Shown: positions 1-11,400 of the stretch, in pieces
Numbering within the stretch: position 1 is the stretch's first letter
Layout of the letters: each line of letters starts with the position of its first letter
NCBI GenBank assembly: GCA_900617105.1
Contig: UYFQ01000022.1
Span: 1 to 42,833 of the forward strand
From: Hydrurus foetidus
Taxonomy: Eukaryota
Direction of reading: 5' to 3'
Length of the DNA: 42,833 nt
Made by a program: the position numbers and the translations under genes
The notes under the pieces: model-generated
Database searches by the model: none
The model's input: the letters and a program-made list of their open reading frames with translations, nothing else
What the model was told of the DNA's origin: nothing

Positions 1-1
1 A

Positions 2-514
2 AATGAAAGACTGTGGTCGGAGTGGGTAGAGTCCACCAGAAAAGATGTAGAATGTTGCTTTGGAATATTGAAGGGACGTTTCAGATTCTTGCGGCAAGGT
101 ATTCTACTTCAAACTCAAGAAAAAGTGGACACTACATTTTTCACGTGTTGTATTCTACACAACATGATTCTATCAGCTGATGGGCTGGACAGGAGATGGG
201 AGGACAATGTGGAATGGGATATCTTAAATCCACAGCCTAGTAATTCGGATGAAGGATACGATGAGAATGAATCTCCTGATCAATCTATTATCAATCAAGA
301 AAGGCGCATCCTTGATAGAGTTGCACAGTATGTTAGTGCAATCGAAGTTGAATACGAAGGCAATGAAGTCGATGAGGAAGTAGATGTTGATTTCGAGCAG
401 AAAAGGAAAATTTTAATTAGTCATTTTAAAAAAGTATATGATAAAGGGTTAGTGCACTGGCCTCGAGGCTTCACAGAAATTAAGAAGAAATGCTATAAGA
501 AAGCAAATGAATAA
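2..514 (+). CDS. PIF/Harbinger-type DDE transposase, C-terminal part (5' truncated by window edge)
   Basis: Frame open from base 2: NERLWSEWVESTRKDVECCFGILKGRFRFLR...FFTCCILHNMIL. This matches the RxxVExxFGxLKxRF...CxxLHN signature of Harbinger/plant-transposon nucleases. Confidence 0.85.
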   Translation, partial: NERLWSEWVESTRKDVECCFGILKGRFRFLRQGILLQTQEKVDTTFFTCCILHNMILSADGLDRRWEDNVEWDILNPQPSNSDEGYDENESPDQSIINQERRILDRVAQYVSAIEVEYEGNEVDEEVDVDFEQKRKILISHFKKVYDKGLVHWPRGFTEIKKKCYKKANE

Positions 515-671
515 CATTTGAAACGACATATTGTACTCTTAGGAAGATTTCTTATTTTTCATACCATGCCTTTAAATGTAATCAAACATCTTCATCGCTG
601 CTTGGTATCCAAGATGCTTTGTAGTTCTTCTCTTTTGAAGTCTCATTTACAGCTCTACGAATTGATTTAGA

Positions 672-2457
672 TTATGGTCCCTTTCGTGGAGGACGCTTAG
701 ATGCAGCTGAAATGACAGGACGTAGTGAAGATGTTAAACAGTTGTCTGGGTTCTGTGTGCATTGATTTATCTCAACGTTGATGGAGTTTAGATCATCATT
801 TTGAAAGCTGAAAGCTTTAGCGCGTACTGATGAAGCTGTTGGATCTACTCGCAACGCCGTCATTTGAACCTTGCGAAATTGGATTTAACGCGACCGCATG
901 AACATCTGGCTCGTCTCGCCTGTAAGACTCTTCGTCAGTTTGATAGCTGACATCATCTTTGTTGGAATAATCATCTGTGTCATTGAAAGGGTCTTGGTAG
1001 CCATTATCATGATGATCATCATCCTGTGGGTTTCTGTCGGTTCTGCTATCGTCTCTACTCGCATTGAAGTCCAAAGTCATGATTGCATCGCTGTCTTCCA
1101 TTAGTATCTCTTCTAGGGGACCGGAGGGTCTCATCTGTACAAAGTAGCGTTAATAAAAACATGAAAACATGAAAACATGAAAACATGAAAACATGAAAAT
1201 GAAAAAGTGTCGGTCAAGCTTTACTGTCATACCTGACTCTCAATGTCAGAGATTGCTGCTTGCTGATTCGACTTGTTGTGCACAATCTTGGGAGGAGCCG
1301 AGAAAGGAGTCGAACCGACCTTGTCTGGTTTCAATGACTTCACGTTAACATAAGGTACCTTCAAGTACTCCCTGTACTCCATCCTCAATTGCTGGACAAT
1401 CTCAATCAGATCCTCCAGATCAACTGAAAGTTTGATGAGTTCTTTCAGACTGTCCGCTCTTGCATTCCACTCCTGGAGCCCGTTGAAATTCTCCATCGCC
1501 AAAACATATTTATCATTATCATCGAAAATCGCTGAGTTGTCACGCTCTGATTTCAATACAGTGAAATCGCTATGGATCTTTTGCTGTACGACTCGCCTTG
1601 CAGCTCTCCCAGCAGACTGCAGTATTCTGTCTTGTACAGCCTCGCTGTTCACATCCTCGCATCCTTCAGGTAAGATGGAACGTGATGAGTTTAACGCTGT
1701 GTAATGGCTGAAGTATTTGATGAACTACCTCTTTTCTTAACAGGACCACTGCCTGGTACAATCTTCAAAATTTGTAGACAGTGCGCACGCCCAGCTGGGA
1801 AGCCAAGGTATTTGAAAGTCAACAAGTGCAAGGGACTCCACTTTCCATCGTAAGCTTTGACCTCCTCTGAAAATGGTTGATCTCCCTTGTGATCCTTTTT
1901 CTTTTTCGCCACTCGCTTCCGTTTTTTTCATCCCAGGCACCAACAATGCAAGCGCGAAGGTTGTCTGCAAGAAAAGGGGAATTAGCGAATGCAGTGTGTC
2001 AACACCTTTAGCAGTGGATTGAGCGTTAAGATTCCAATGTCTTCCACCTTCGGGTCCTTTTCCAGAAGCACTCTTCTCTGGCTCCTTCCAGTAAGGTGAC
2101 ATCTGATTGTTGATGTAGCTGACCACTTCCTTTGCTTTTCTATGCATGTTTTTTGGATTATCCTGTTTCGCTTGCGATCTCACATGTTCCTCTGTAATAC
2201 CATTTTTCTGCATGTGATGTCTGTAGATGACTCCAAACTCCGTTCAGAAGTCCGTTCCATCTATCGCAATTAAGGACGATAAGTTCATGCTGCTGTTCTG
2301 TCGACAACGACTCATTACTTGTCGTTATTTCGTTCAACGACAAGGCAAGAACGAAGTAGTAGATCTCGGTGACATCTTTTGTCCCTCTGTTGTTGCGTGA
2401 TGCCTGTTGTTCTACATCCATATCATCATCCTCATCTTCGTTATCCATGTCTAGCAC
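672..2457 (-). pseudogene. Frameshifted multi-exon gene convergent with the Harbinger transposase (likely the element's accessory ORF)
   Basis: Chain of overlapping minus-strand ORFs (2158-2457, 1737-2213, 1691-1912, 1227-1652, 817-1134, 672-863). A clean phase-0 GT-AG intron at 1135-1232 joins ...IESQ to MRPSG.... Other joins need frameshifts. Accessory role is inferred from the usual two-gene Harbinger layout. Confidence 0.5.
1156..1195. repeat. (AAAACATG)5 tandem repeat inside intron
   Basis: Five direct 8-bp copies, lying within the 1135-1232 intron. Confidence 0.9.
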
Positions 2458-2755
2458 TCAAATGACGTGACTGCCTCAAAATCTCCTTTGAAACTCTAAG
2501 TAAACCTTGAATTTGTGAGCCATAATCATTTTCATCTTGCCAGCAGAAGTTTTATCGTGCAGCCACGCGGCCTCCGATAAAATCCTTCATCTATCGGAGC
2601 GTTTCCAAGATCCGGTAAATTTCTATCGTTATTTGCTCTCTACCGTGTCCGTGAAATGGCCTAAATGGAGGGGAAAACAGTAAACCGCTTTACCGTACAA
2701 GATTTATCGTTCCCGTGAATAGTGGCCTCAGCGCAACTGCGCAACATTTCCGATT

Positions 2756-4202
2756 TCCAGCCAGTCCCAAAACCTAGTGGAATCCCAAAACCCCCACAGA
2801 AACGGAATCGCAAACTGCAGGAGGTATCACTCCTCAACTCAACTCACATAATTACAGCATCAAGGCTGTTCGACCAAATCACAGACTGTTTTGATTTCTT
2901 GTGTCAGTGTGCCTTCAGCCTACATGCTGGCTAAATTTTTTTGAGTTTCGAGCTGTTTCAAGTGAGTTCGAATAGAAAACAGCCATAATTTGGCATCTGA
3001 AATTCTGTCTCTGAATGCAATATAGAAAGCCATCTGTGTTCAATCCTTTCGCAGATATCATTACTTAGACTATTCATCTCTGAGAATCTGGAATTCCAGC
3101 GCAATCTAATGCTTCCCTGAAAAACCATGTGACTCATAATACATCATTTTACCTCAATTTTTGCAGCCTTTTTAGTGCAAGGACAAAGCAGTAGAAGTCG
3201 AGTTCTCAGCTTTTTTTTTATTGATCCACTGATAGGTAAACTCATTAAACATAAATGATTTCTTCGACAATCATCAACTTGCTCTCCATTCTAAAAAAAT
3301 ACTGATATAGTGCCTGTATTACAGTCACTAAAAACACCCACATAAATCATGCCAACAACCTGAATAATGATCCACTACTCAAATTTGATAGCTGATTTCT
3401 TTAATTAATGATATTAGATCCCTTCAAGTAAATTTCTTTGAAGTACAGTCGTTACATAAAAAATATACTCTAATGCAATACCTTCACTCACTTACAGCTA
3501 ATATGGACGAAGGCTATTTTTCTGTTTCTTTCAACGTGAGAGTTGTTGGAAGTCGACGTAACGATGGATTCTGTTTCGTTGGAGATTAACTGGATTTCCT
3601 TCCAGATATTGGAAACGCTTTTGGTGAATAACAACTCGCGTTTTTTTCATTTGATTCAGCCAATGCTTAGATAAAAGTTGATGATTGTCGAAGAAATCAT
3701 TTATGTTTAATGAGTTTACCTATCAGTGGATCAATAAAAAAAAAGCTGAGAACTCGACTTCTACTGCTTTGTCCTTGCACTTCAAAAGGCTGCAAAAATT
3801 GAGGTAAAATGATGTATTATGAGTCACATGGTTTTTCAGGGAAGCATTAGATTGCGCTGGAATTCCAGATTCTCAGAGATGAATAGTCTAAGTAATGATA
3901 TCTGCGAAAGGATTGAACACAGATGGCTTTCTATATTGCATTCAGAGACAGAATTTCAGATGCCAAATTATGGCTGTTTTCTATTCGAACTCACTTGAAA
4001 CAGCTCGAAACTCAAAAAAATTTAGCCAGCATGTAGGCTGAAGGCACACTGACACAAGAAATCAAAATAGTCTGTGATTTGGTCGAACAGCCTTGATGCT
4101 GTAATTATGTGAGTTGAGTTGAGGAGTGATACCTCCTGCAGTTTGCGATTCCGTTTCTGTGGGGGGGATTTGGGATTCCACTAGGTTTTGGGACTGGCTG
4201 GA
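2756..4202. mobile_element. Foldback / long-TIR non-autonomous element (arms 2756-3280 and 3675-4202, spacer 394 bp)
   Basis: The ~525-bp arms are near-perfect reverse complements (TCCAGCCAGTCCCAAAACC... / ...GGTTTTGGGACTGGCTGGA) with only a few differences. Flanks ATTTCCGATT and ATTTCGATT resemble an imperfect ~9-bp TSD. Confidence 0.8.
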
Positions 4203-4324
4203 TTTCGATTATTTCGGGTTTTGAGACATTTTACAAAGAGGAAAGTATTTGGCGAGCCATGTCCCATGTCCAGTACCGGGAATAAAAGGTACCCTCGGGA
4301 ATAAACGGTACCTTTGCTTTCAAG

Positions 4325-4543
4325 TAGAGTGTTTGCGAAATCGCGTTTTTTGAAAAAACGACTTTCAAAGTCGACTTCTTCAAAGTCGTTTTTCCCAAAA
4401 AAAAATGGAAAGCCACCACAGAGAACGAGTTCGGCCCTCTTGACCGACGAAGTCGTTTTTAGATTTTTTTCTGTAAAAAACGACTTTGATGAAGACGACT
4501 TTGAAAGTCGTTTTTGAAAAAAAACGAAATCGCAAACACTCTA
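4325..4543. mobile_element. MITE with ~65-bp imperfect TIRs
   Basis: TAGAGTGTTTGCGA... at 4325 and ...TCGCAAACACTCTA at 4543. Inverted similarity continues through AAAAACGACTTTCAAAGTCG. No TSD seen. Confidence 0.7.
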
Positions 4544-4637
4544 GTCGGTCCAAAATCGAAAAAATCGAAAAACCTTGGGTCGGTCGGAAATTTTCTTGAA
4601 ATCTGATTTCGACTTTCGTGAAATCCGACGCGCATAA

Positions 4638-4839
4638 CATTGAGGATATACGGAAAATGTCGACATGACGGAAAAGTGAACTTTCGACGGAAAAGTGAAC
4701 TTTCCTCTTCCACTAGCCCGTGGCCAGCTGCCACGGAAAGTGAAAAGTAACAATTCAGGAACTGAAGTTCTCGGTTTTCACACTTTTCGGTCACTTTTGC
4801 GTCAGTTTCCGTGTCGACATTTTCCGTTTATCCTCAGTG
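4638..4839. mobile_element. 202-bp MITE, CACTA/CMC-like termini
   Basis: 28-bp TIR CA(T/C)TGAGGATA(T/A)ACGGAAAATGTCGACA, 3-bp TSD TAA (4635-4637 and 4840-4842), subterminal CGGAAAAGTG repeats. Confidence 0.8.
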
Positions 4840-4865
4840 TAAGGACCGGCCTGATGCTGGATGCT

Positions 4866-4903
4866 GGGCGGCGCAGTCTTGGATTAATTAATCAGGTCGG
4901 ATT
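4866..4903 (+). repeat. Left TIR (38 bp)
   Basis: GGGCGGCGCAGTCTTGGATTAATTAATCAGGTCGGATT; exact reverse complement at 33777-33814. Confidence 0.9.
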
Positions 4904-4919
4904 GGATTCTTCCCCCCCC

Positions 4920-5142
4920 TGTGACCCGTACACCGAGTATACCGGGTATACCGGGTTCGGGTACAAACGTACGCACGGTTCGGATCGAGGACGATCCGAT
5001 CCATACGATTTGTTGCGTGATATCTGCTGTGCTTATCTGTAAGCTAATCACATTGCTATCCTTTAGCATCGTTCCATAGCCTTTCCCCTTTGCCCTCCGC
5101 CGTCCGGATTCCCGTTCCCGCCAAGGCCTCAGTGAGACCACA
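4920..5142 (+). repeat. Gypsy 5' LTR (223 bp)
   Basis: TGTGACCCG...GACCACA; direct repeat of 12056-12279. Confidence 0.93.
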
Positions 5143-5467
5143 GTAAGCTTACTTGGAATCAGCTAGCCTTTCAAGAAGAAAGCCGATTACCAAATCAAGA
5201 TTTCCCAAACCGCTAGCCGACTCATTTTCGAAGCGAAAAGAGATTGTCAATAGCTTTCTGTAACAGAAACGACTATTAGACTATATAGAGAGTTGATTCG
5301 CAAAGCGACAGCCTCTATCTCTTCGTCTTAACGAAGCTCGATCTCAGCGATTCCTCGCGAAATCAAGAAATCCCATCGAAAACTTTCGTCACACGAAAGC
5401 CGATACGCCAGTAGTAGCTTTCAGCATCGAAAGCGCTACTTAGAGACCCAATAGCAACGCTCCGTTC

Positions 5468-8400
5468 GTGGGATTGCTCGCTCCGCAGGCCTCGCCGAGA
5501 AATTTCCTCCCGAAATTGACCAAACCAATCCAATCCTCCTTTTTCTACTACTCCACTCTACACCTACCAGTCTTCACAAAAGTTCAACCTATCCTTCCTC
5601 TCTCTGAATCCACCGCGTCCGAGTTCCGTCGCGGTCCCTTCAGTAAACTACCGACCATTATCGTAGCGAAGACGAAGACAATGGAAGCTCAAGATATCCT
5701 CGACAAATCAGCCTCCCCAGGAGCAATTACTACTTCCCTCGGCCTACCAAGCGCGACAATGCTTAGCATTCGCAAGGCACGAAAGGCCGAGGAGAAGATG
5801 AGAGCAGAAAACATTGCTAGAAGCAAATCACTCATGGCCAGACAAGCCATAAAGGCCTCAGCCACTGCCACACGCATTCCCGACGAGATTGCCGCCCGCA
5901 ACTCCGAACGGTCTTCAGAACGCAAGCGTATACAAGATGCTCAAAAGACATCAGACGCAACGACTGAAGACGAAGTGGCCATGATTGCATATGTCCTAGA
6001 GGCAACGGACGAAGACGAGAGACGAGAACGCGAGATCTGCGCTCGATCTCGTCCGTGCTCTAGCACCTCAGTTGCCAAAACCATCGACGTAGAGGGAAGC
6101 CCAAAAGGCAGACCAAAACGAAGAAGAGGAGGCAACGAGAAAGACAAGAAAGCAAACGAACAAGATGTCCTTGACGATGCTAAGTCAATCGAGAGTGAGC
6201 CCATCCCCGTCAGAAAATCATCTCGAACGACCAGGGTTCAAACCTCGATGGAGGTGGACTTAGAGTCGGGAGAGGACGAGGAGGATGAGGGCGAGATCGA
6301 AAACGACGAGGGAATCAACGACAACGACGACGACAACGTTATAGTTGCCGAGTCAGTGTCGGATGAGGACGATCGATCGTCAGACGAGTCAGTCGAATCC
6401 ACCTCTCCTGAAAAGCGCAAGACTAAGTCTCCGCCAAGACAAACAAAAAAGATTTCCACAAGAAAAAAGATCATCGTTCCACAAAAGACAAAAAAGGCAG
6501 AGCAGTCAAAACCTGCATCAGCAAAAGAGTCTAAGGAAGATGTGTCTAAAAAGACCATCCCTACTCAGAGGCCAAAACCGAAGACGTCTGCGGCGACAAG
6601 CGCCGCGTTGAAATTAAAAACAACAGAGGCTGCACGCAGACGCAAGGTGGAGGAAGACATCGACAATGAGCAGAGTGATACCTCAGTCTTATCAGACGAG
6701 AATTACCAACAACAGCGTACACTCATAAATATGAATGAGGTATTCATGCTCAACGCCGAGAAACTCTTGACAGATGGTCCCGCTACCATCCAGGCATTCC
6801 ACGATCAAGCCAACCTGCCCAATTTCAAAACACATTGGAAGCAGATCATTACCGAGAATGCCCTGGTACCTATAAGGTTCAGACTCAATGGAATGAAGGC
6901 AGTCCTTGGGTACACCCAACCAGAATGTTCCACTTGGCCAGTCATCCGCGGGGTCACCCTATCGATCCGACAAATCGCAAAGGACTTGACAGCCTGCTTC
7001 TCACAAGCAACTAGGACGTCCAACACGACCTACGATTGTAATGAGAAGATCAGAGCTTACAAGTTTGCGTACGACTTTGCTGACGCATACGTCGAAGAGG
7101 CATCGATCACTCGGTTTGAGGAGATCATCAGTCTGTACTACCCAGACCGAACCGACCTCACACCTGAGCGCGAGAACGAAATCTGCAAAGCATTTTACAA
7201 AAAGCTTCCAGCAGAAAACGCACTCGGGATGAAATTCTTAGAGGCCACAAAGACAGCCATAAAGAAGACAAAAAGAGACACCATCCAAGACATGTACATG
7301 CGACTCAGCGACCACCTCAACATCGCACGTCAATGCGTCAACGACGCAGCGGAGTTGGGGAACAGCAGATACCGCTGGACCACTCCAGACAGCCCAACTT
7401 CCGAGGAAGCAAAAAGACAACGAAGCTCGTTGTCTAATGCATCATACTCCTCCAACCTGCACGCAGTGGGATTCCATCCAGAGGAGGACACACGCGCACC
7501 ACCATACAAGGCGATCGCAAAGCGTCAGCCAGAGGTACCACGTTACCCGGGCCTTGACCGCAACACCAAGACGTGCCACACCTGTGGACGCAGCGGACAC
7601 AACCGTTACAATTGCCGATTCCACATGAACGAGCATTGCAACAACTCGCACAAAATGTGGTCCGAATCCCTCATGGGGATCGAATGGAAACGGCTCGGTC
7701 ACAAATATTTTGTAATCGATGCACATCTTCCATCGGGCGGAGTATCTCGGGAGCGAAAACAAATCCACGTCCCGACAAACTTCGAATTCCCCACGGAAGA
7801 AGAGGACATTGACATGGGTAACACCCAACAAAAGTCAAACCCTCGGCAAGGCACCAGTGCACCACCATACAGCAAGGTTAAAAAGCCGGCGTACGACGAC
7901 AGACGAAGAAGTGAGTTTTCAACACCACCTGTCAGTGTCGCAATTTTACCGCGTATCGACTTACCTCGAACACGTACATTACTTTCAGCAATACTACCTG
8001 AAAAAGTAAATGATTACTTACAAGTCAACATATCTCTCCCGCAGATCAGTATGGCCCAAGACAAGACGAGCGCCCTCGCAAAGACGACCGCGCACAAGCA
8101 GACACCGACAACCGCGACCGCGACCGCCAACGCAACGAGCGAGAGGCCTTCGCGCGCGACAAGGCGAAAGAAAAGGAAGGATCCTCCAGCAGCTCCAACA
8201 AGCCCTACTCCTCAAAGTAGAGGCATGGATGCACTGGCCCAGATAGATACGGGGTGCGAAGTCGGTGACGTCATTAACCGTAGAGTCCTCGAGGGCCTAC
8301 GGGGCGAACACCGCTTACGCGACTCCGATTCACCTATGTGGATTTGTTCTGGTTTAGATAATAAGTGTATTGAATCCAAATCTGTGCTTGATATTGTTGT

Positions 8401-11400
8401 ATCATTTAAAAAAGATTCTTTAAAATACATCTTTTCTCTTCCAGTCCGCATTGCCGAAGACTCTGAAATAGATTTAATTATAGGTATAAATACCATAAAA
8501 AATCTAAATTTAGTTAAAGTTATGCCCGAATTTTTCGGCCATAAAAACCATACTGATCCGTGGACCCGTATAGAGAATTCAATGGTACTAACCACGAATA
8601 ATCTGCCGGACACAACTCCATCCACCGCGGTCCAAGAACCTCCAGTCGATAATGACTTGGACGGGACAAAACCCTCCAACACAAACAACCTGAGGCAAGG
8701 TGACATGGTGTCTGGGGGTGCTTGTACACACAAGAATTGCACATCGACATATGGGTGTTCGCAGATTCGAGTAGCGGCCGCTACCGACCCTGTTCAAGAC
8801 GGGTCCGTCTTGCAAGTATGCGAGAAGTCAACAACCCACTTGACTTCTCCTCGACAAGATGGTTTAGAGCTCACGCTCGACAGAGAAAAGGAAGTAGCTA
8901 TCCAAATCTCCCCTTCCATAACTCCACCCCAAACATATGGCTTTGTCGCGGCTCTACTTAGGGAGAAGGAATATCTCCCTGAGGCTCAACCTTTCGGTCC
9001 GGAAGAAATTGACTACAAGTCAAAGGACACATTCGCTCCTTTTATGCTCTCAACGCACACATCCACGGATATCATAGACCTCATTCACATTGAAGGTACT
9101 CATGAGGAAATTGCACGGATTCGAGAAATATGTGTAAAACACATAGTCCTGTTCAAAAATGAACTTGGACCAGAACCGGCAAGAATACCACCATTTGATC
9201 TTCCCGTAATGGAGAAACAATGGAAGGTTCCCAAAAACAGACATGCATCACGCATACAGTCTACAAAACGACAAACAGTTATACGAGAGCTAGTGACAAC
9301 TATGCTCAAAGGTGGTATAATAGTAAAGTCAAATGCATCGCATTATTCTCAAGTAATTCTGGCACCCAAACCGGATGGTACCTTCCGATTTTGTATTGAT
9401 TACCGTGGACTCGACGAAGCTACGGAATCTGCAAGTTGGCCAATACCAAATATAAGACTCATGTTAGGACGTCTTGGGGCTGCAAAAGCAGATACCTTTG
9501 GTGTGATTGACCTCACAGCAGGCTACCACCAGGCGCCAATAACAATGAGTACAAGAATTTATACAGCCTTCATTACATTCATGGGCATATATCACTTCAC
9601 AAGACTTCCGTTTGGACCTAAACGTGCACCATCATATTTTCAAGAGATGATGGCGTCAATAGTCTTAATAGGTCTTATTTACTTCATTTGTGAGGTGTAC
9701 CTTGACGACATCATAGTGTACGCAACAGGTCACTTACAATTCTGTGAACGATTGGAAACAATATTTCAACGTTTAGAAGAAAAGAATATTTCACTTAAAG
9801 CAGCTAAGTTAAAACTTGGTATGAAAAAAGTAGAATATGTCGGTAAAGAAATATCAAAGGACGGTATAACTATGAGTTCCAAAAAGATAAAAGGCGTGAC
9901 CGACTTTCCGATGCCAAGAAAGACGACAGAAATGAGGTCGTTTCTCGGACTCACGAATTATTTTAGGGATCATGTACCGAACCACTCAAACGTAGTCGCT
10001 CCTCTACAAAAGATGATCCTGCACGCATCCAAAAAGCAAACATTGCTAATATGGACTGACGAAGCAGCCGATGCATTCTATATGATTAAGCAACGAATCG
10101 CAGAGAGTCCCTTGCTATATTTCATACACGATACAGCCCCAATAACCTTAATGACTGATGCGTCAGATTACGGTATTGGAGGTTACTTGTATCAGGAAGT
10201 CGACGAGAAGAAACAACTCGTCGCTCTCGTAAGTAAGTCTCTTACCAAGACACAACTGAAGTGGTCAACAATACAAAAAGAAGCCTTCGCGCTCTATTAT
10301 TGTTGTACTTACCTCGACGCACTACTACGGGATCGTAAATTTACAATTCTCACGGACCATAAAAATCTTACCTTTATTGAAAAAGATAAAAATGAAATGG
10401 TTGGCAGATGGCGAGTCGCCCTGCAGGAATTGGATTATACGATAGGCTACGTACCAGGTAGAGATAACGACATTGCAGACGCGATGTCACGCCTATGTTT
10501 AAACAGAATGGAAAAGAAATCCGGACTAATGTCATCACTACATGAAAAACAATTAACGACAAATGAGCAATATGAACTCATTGGTAGTTGTCACAACGCA
10601 ACGGTCGGACATGGTGGTGTACAACGTACGTTACGGAACTTAAAAACAAAGAAGAAAGTGTGGCCGGGCATGAAAGAAGCAGTAAAAACTTTCATCAAAA
10701 ATTGCCCTTGTTGCCAAAAGATGTCTGCGGTAAAAGTACCAGTCAACTCTTACACTTATACTACTTCAACATACAAACCAATGGAATGTCTCAACATAGA
10801 TTTCATTGGACCATTTCCTGATAAAGGATACATTCTAGTCATGATTGACACATTTACACGATTCGTCGAACTATATGCAACAAAAGATGCTACCGCTAAG
10901 GCGGCATGCACAGCATTAGTGGAACACGTCGGAAGATACGGATCTCCAAGATTCCTTAGATCTGACAACGGTCCTCACTTTGCCAACCACGTTATTGAAG
11001 AATTTACAAAACTCGCAGGCACAGTCCACGAGAAAATTCTCGCCTATTCTTCGGAACACAATTCAATTGTGGAAAGAATGAATAAGGAAGTTAACAGGCA
11101 TATTCGAGCATATACGTATGACAGAGCAACAACAGAAAATTACCAAGAAATTCTACCATTTGTTCAACGTATATTAAATACAACAATTAATGATAGAACA
11201 AAAATTTCACCGGCACAAATCCTCTATGGAAATGCCATTAATATGGATGAAGGAATTTTAATCCCAAGAGGAGAAGTTAACCTCATACCAGAAAATATAA
11301 CGATTTCATCTACAAATATGATAAAGATACAAAGTGATCTTATTCGAATTGCGGCAAGACTCCTTAAGGAATCTGATGATGAACACAATGAGAAACAAAA

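Larger units (their letters stand above)
1..2727. mobile_element. PIF/Harbinger-like DNA transposon, right portion (right end tentative)
   Basis: Transposase plus convergent second gene. Candidate terminus ...CCCGTGAATAGTGGCC followed by TCA, with short subterminal repeats at ~2620-2720. The left end is outside the window, so TIR and TSD cannot be confirmed. Confidence 0.5.

Noticed and set aside
4544..4637. Possible remnant of another element end (GGGTCGGTCGGAAA motif)
   Set aside because: No partner end found in the window, so it cannot be supported.
4231..5141. Short ORFs on both strands
   Set aside because: They span MITE, TIR and LTR boundaries, so they are chance ORFs.
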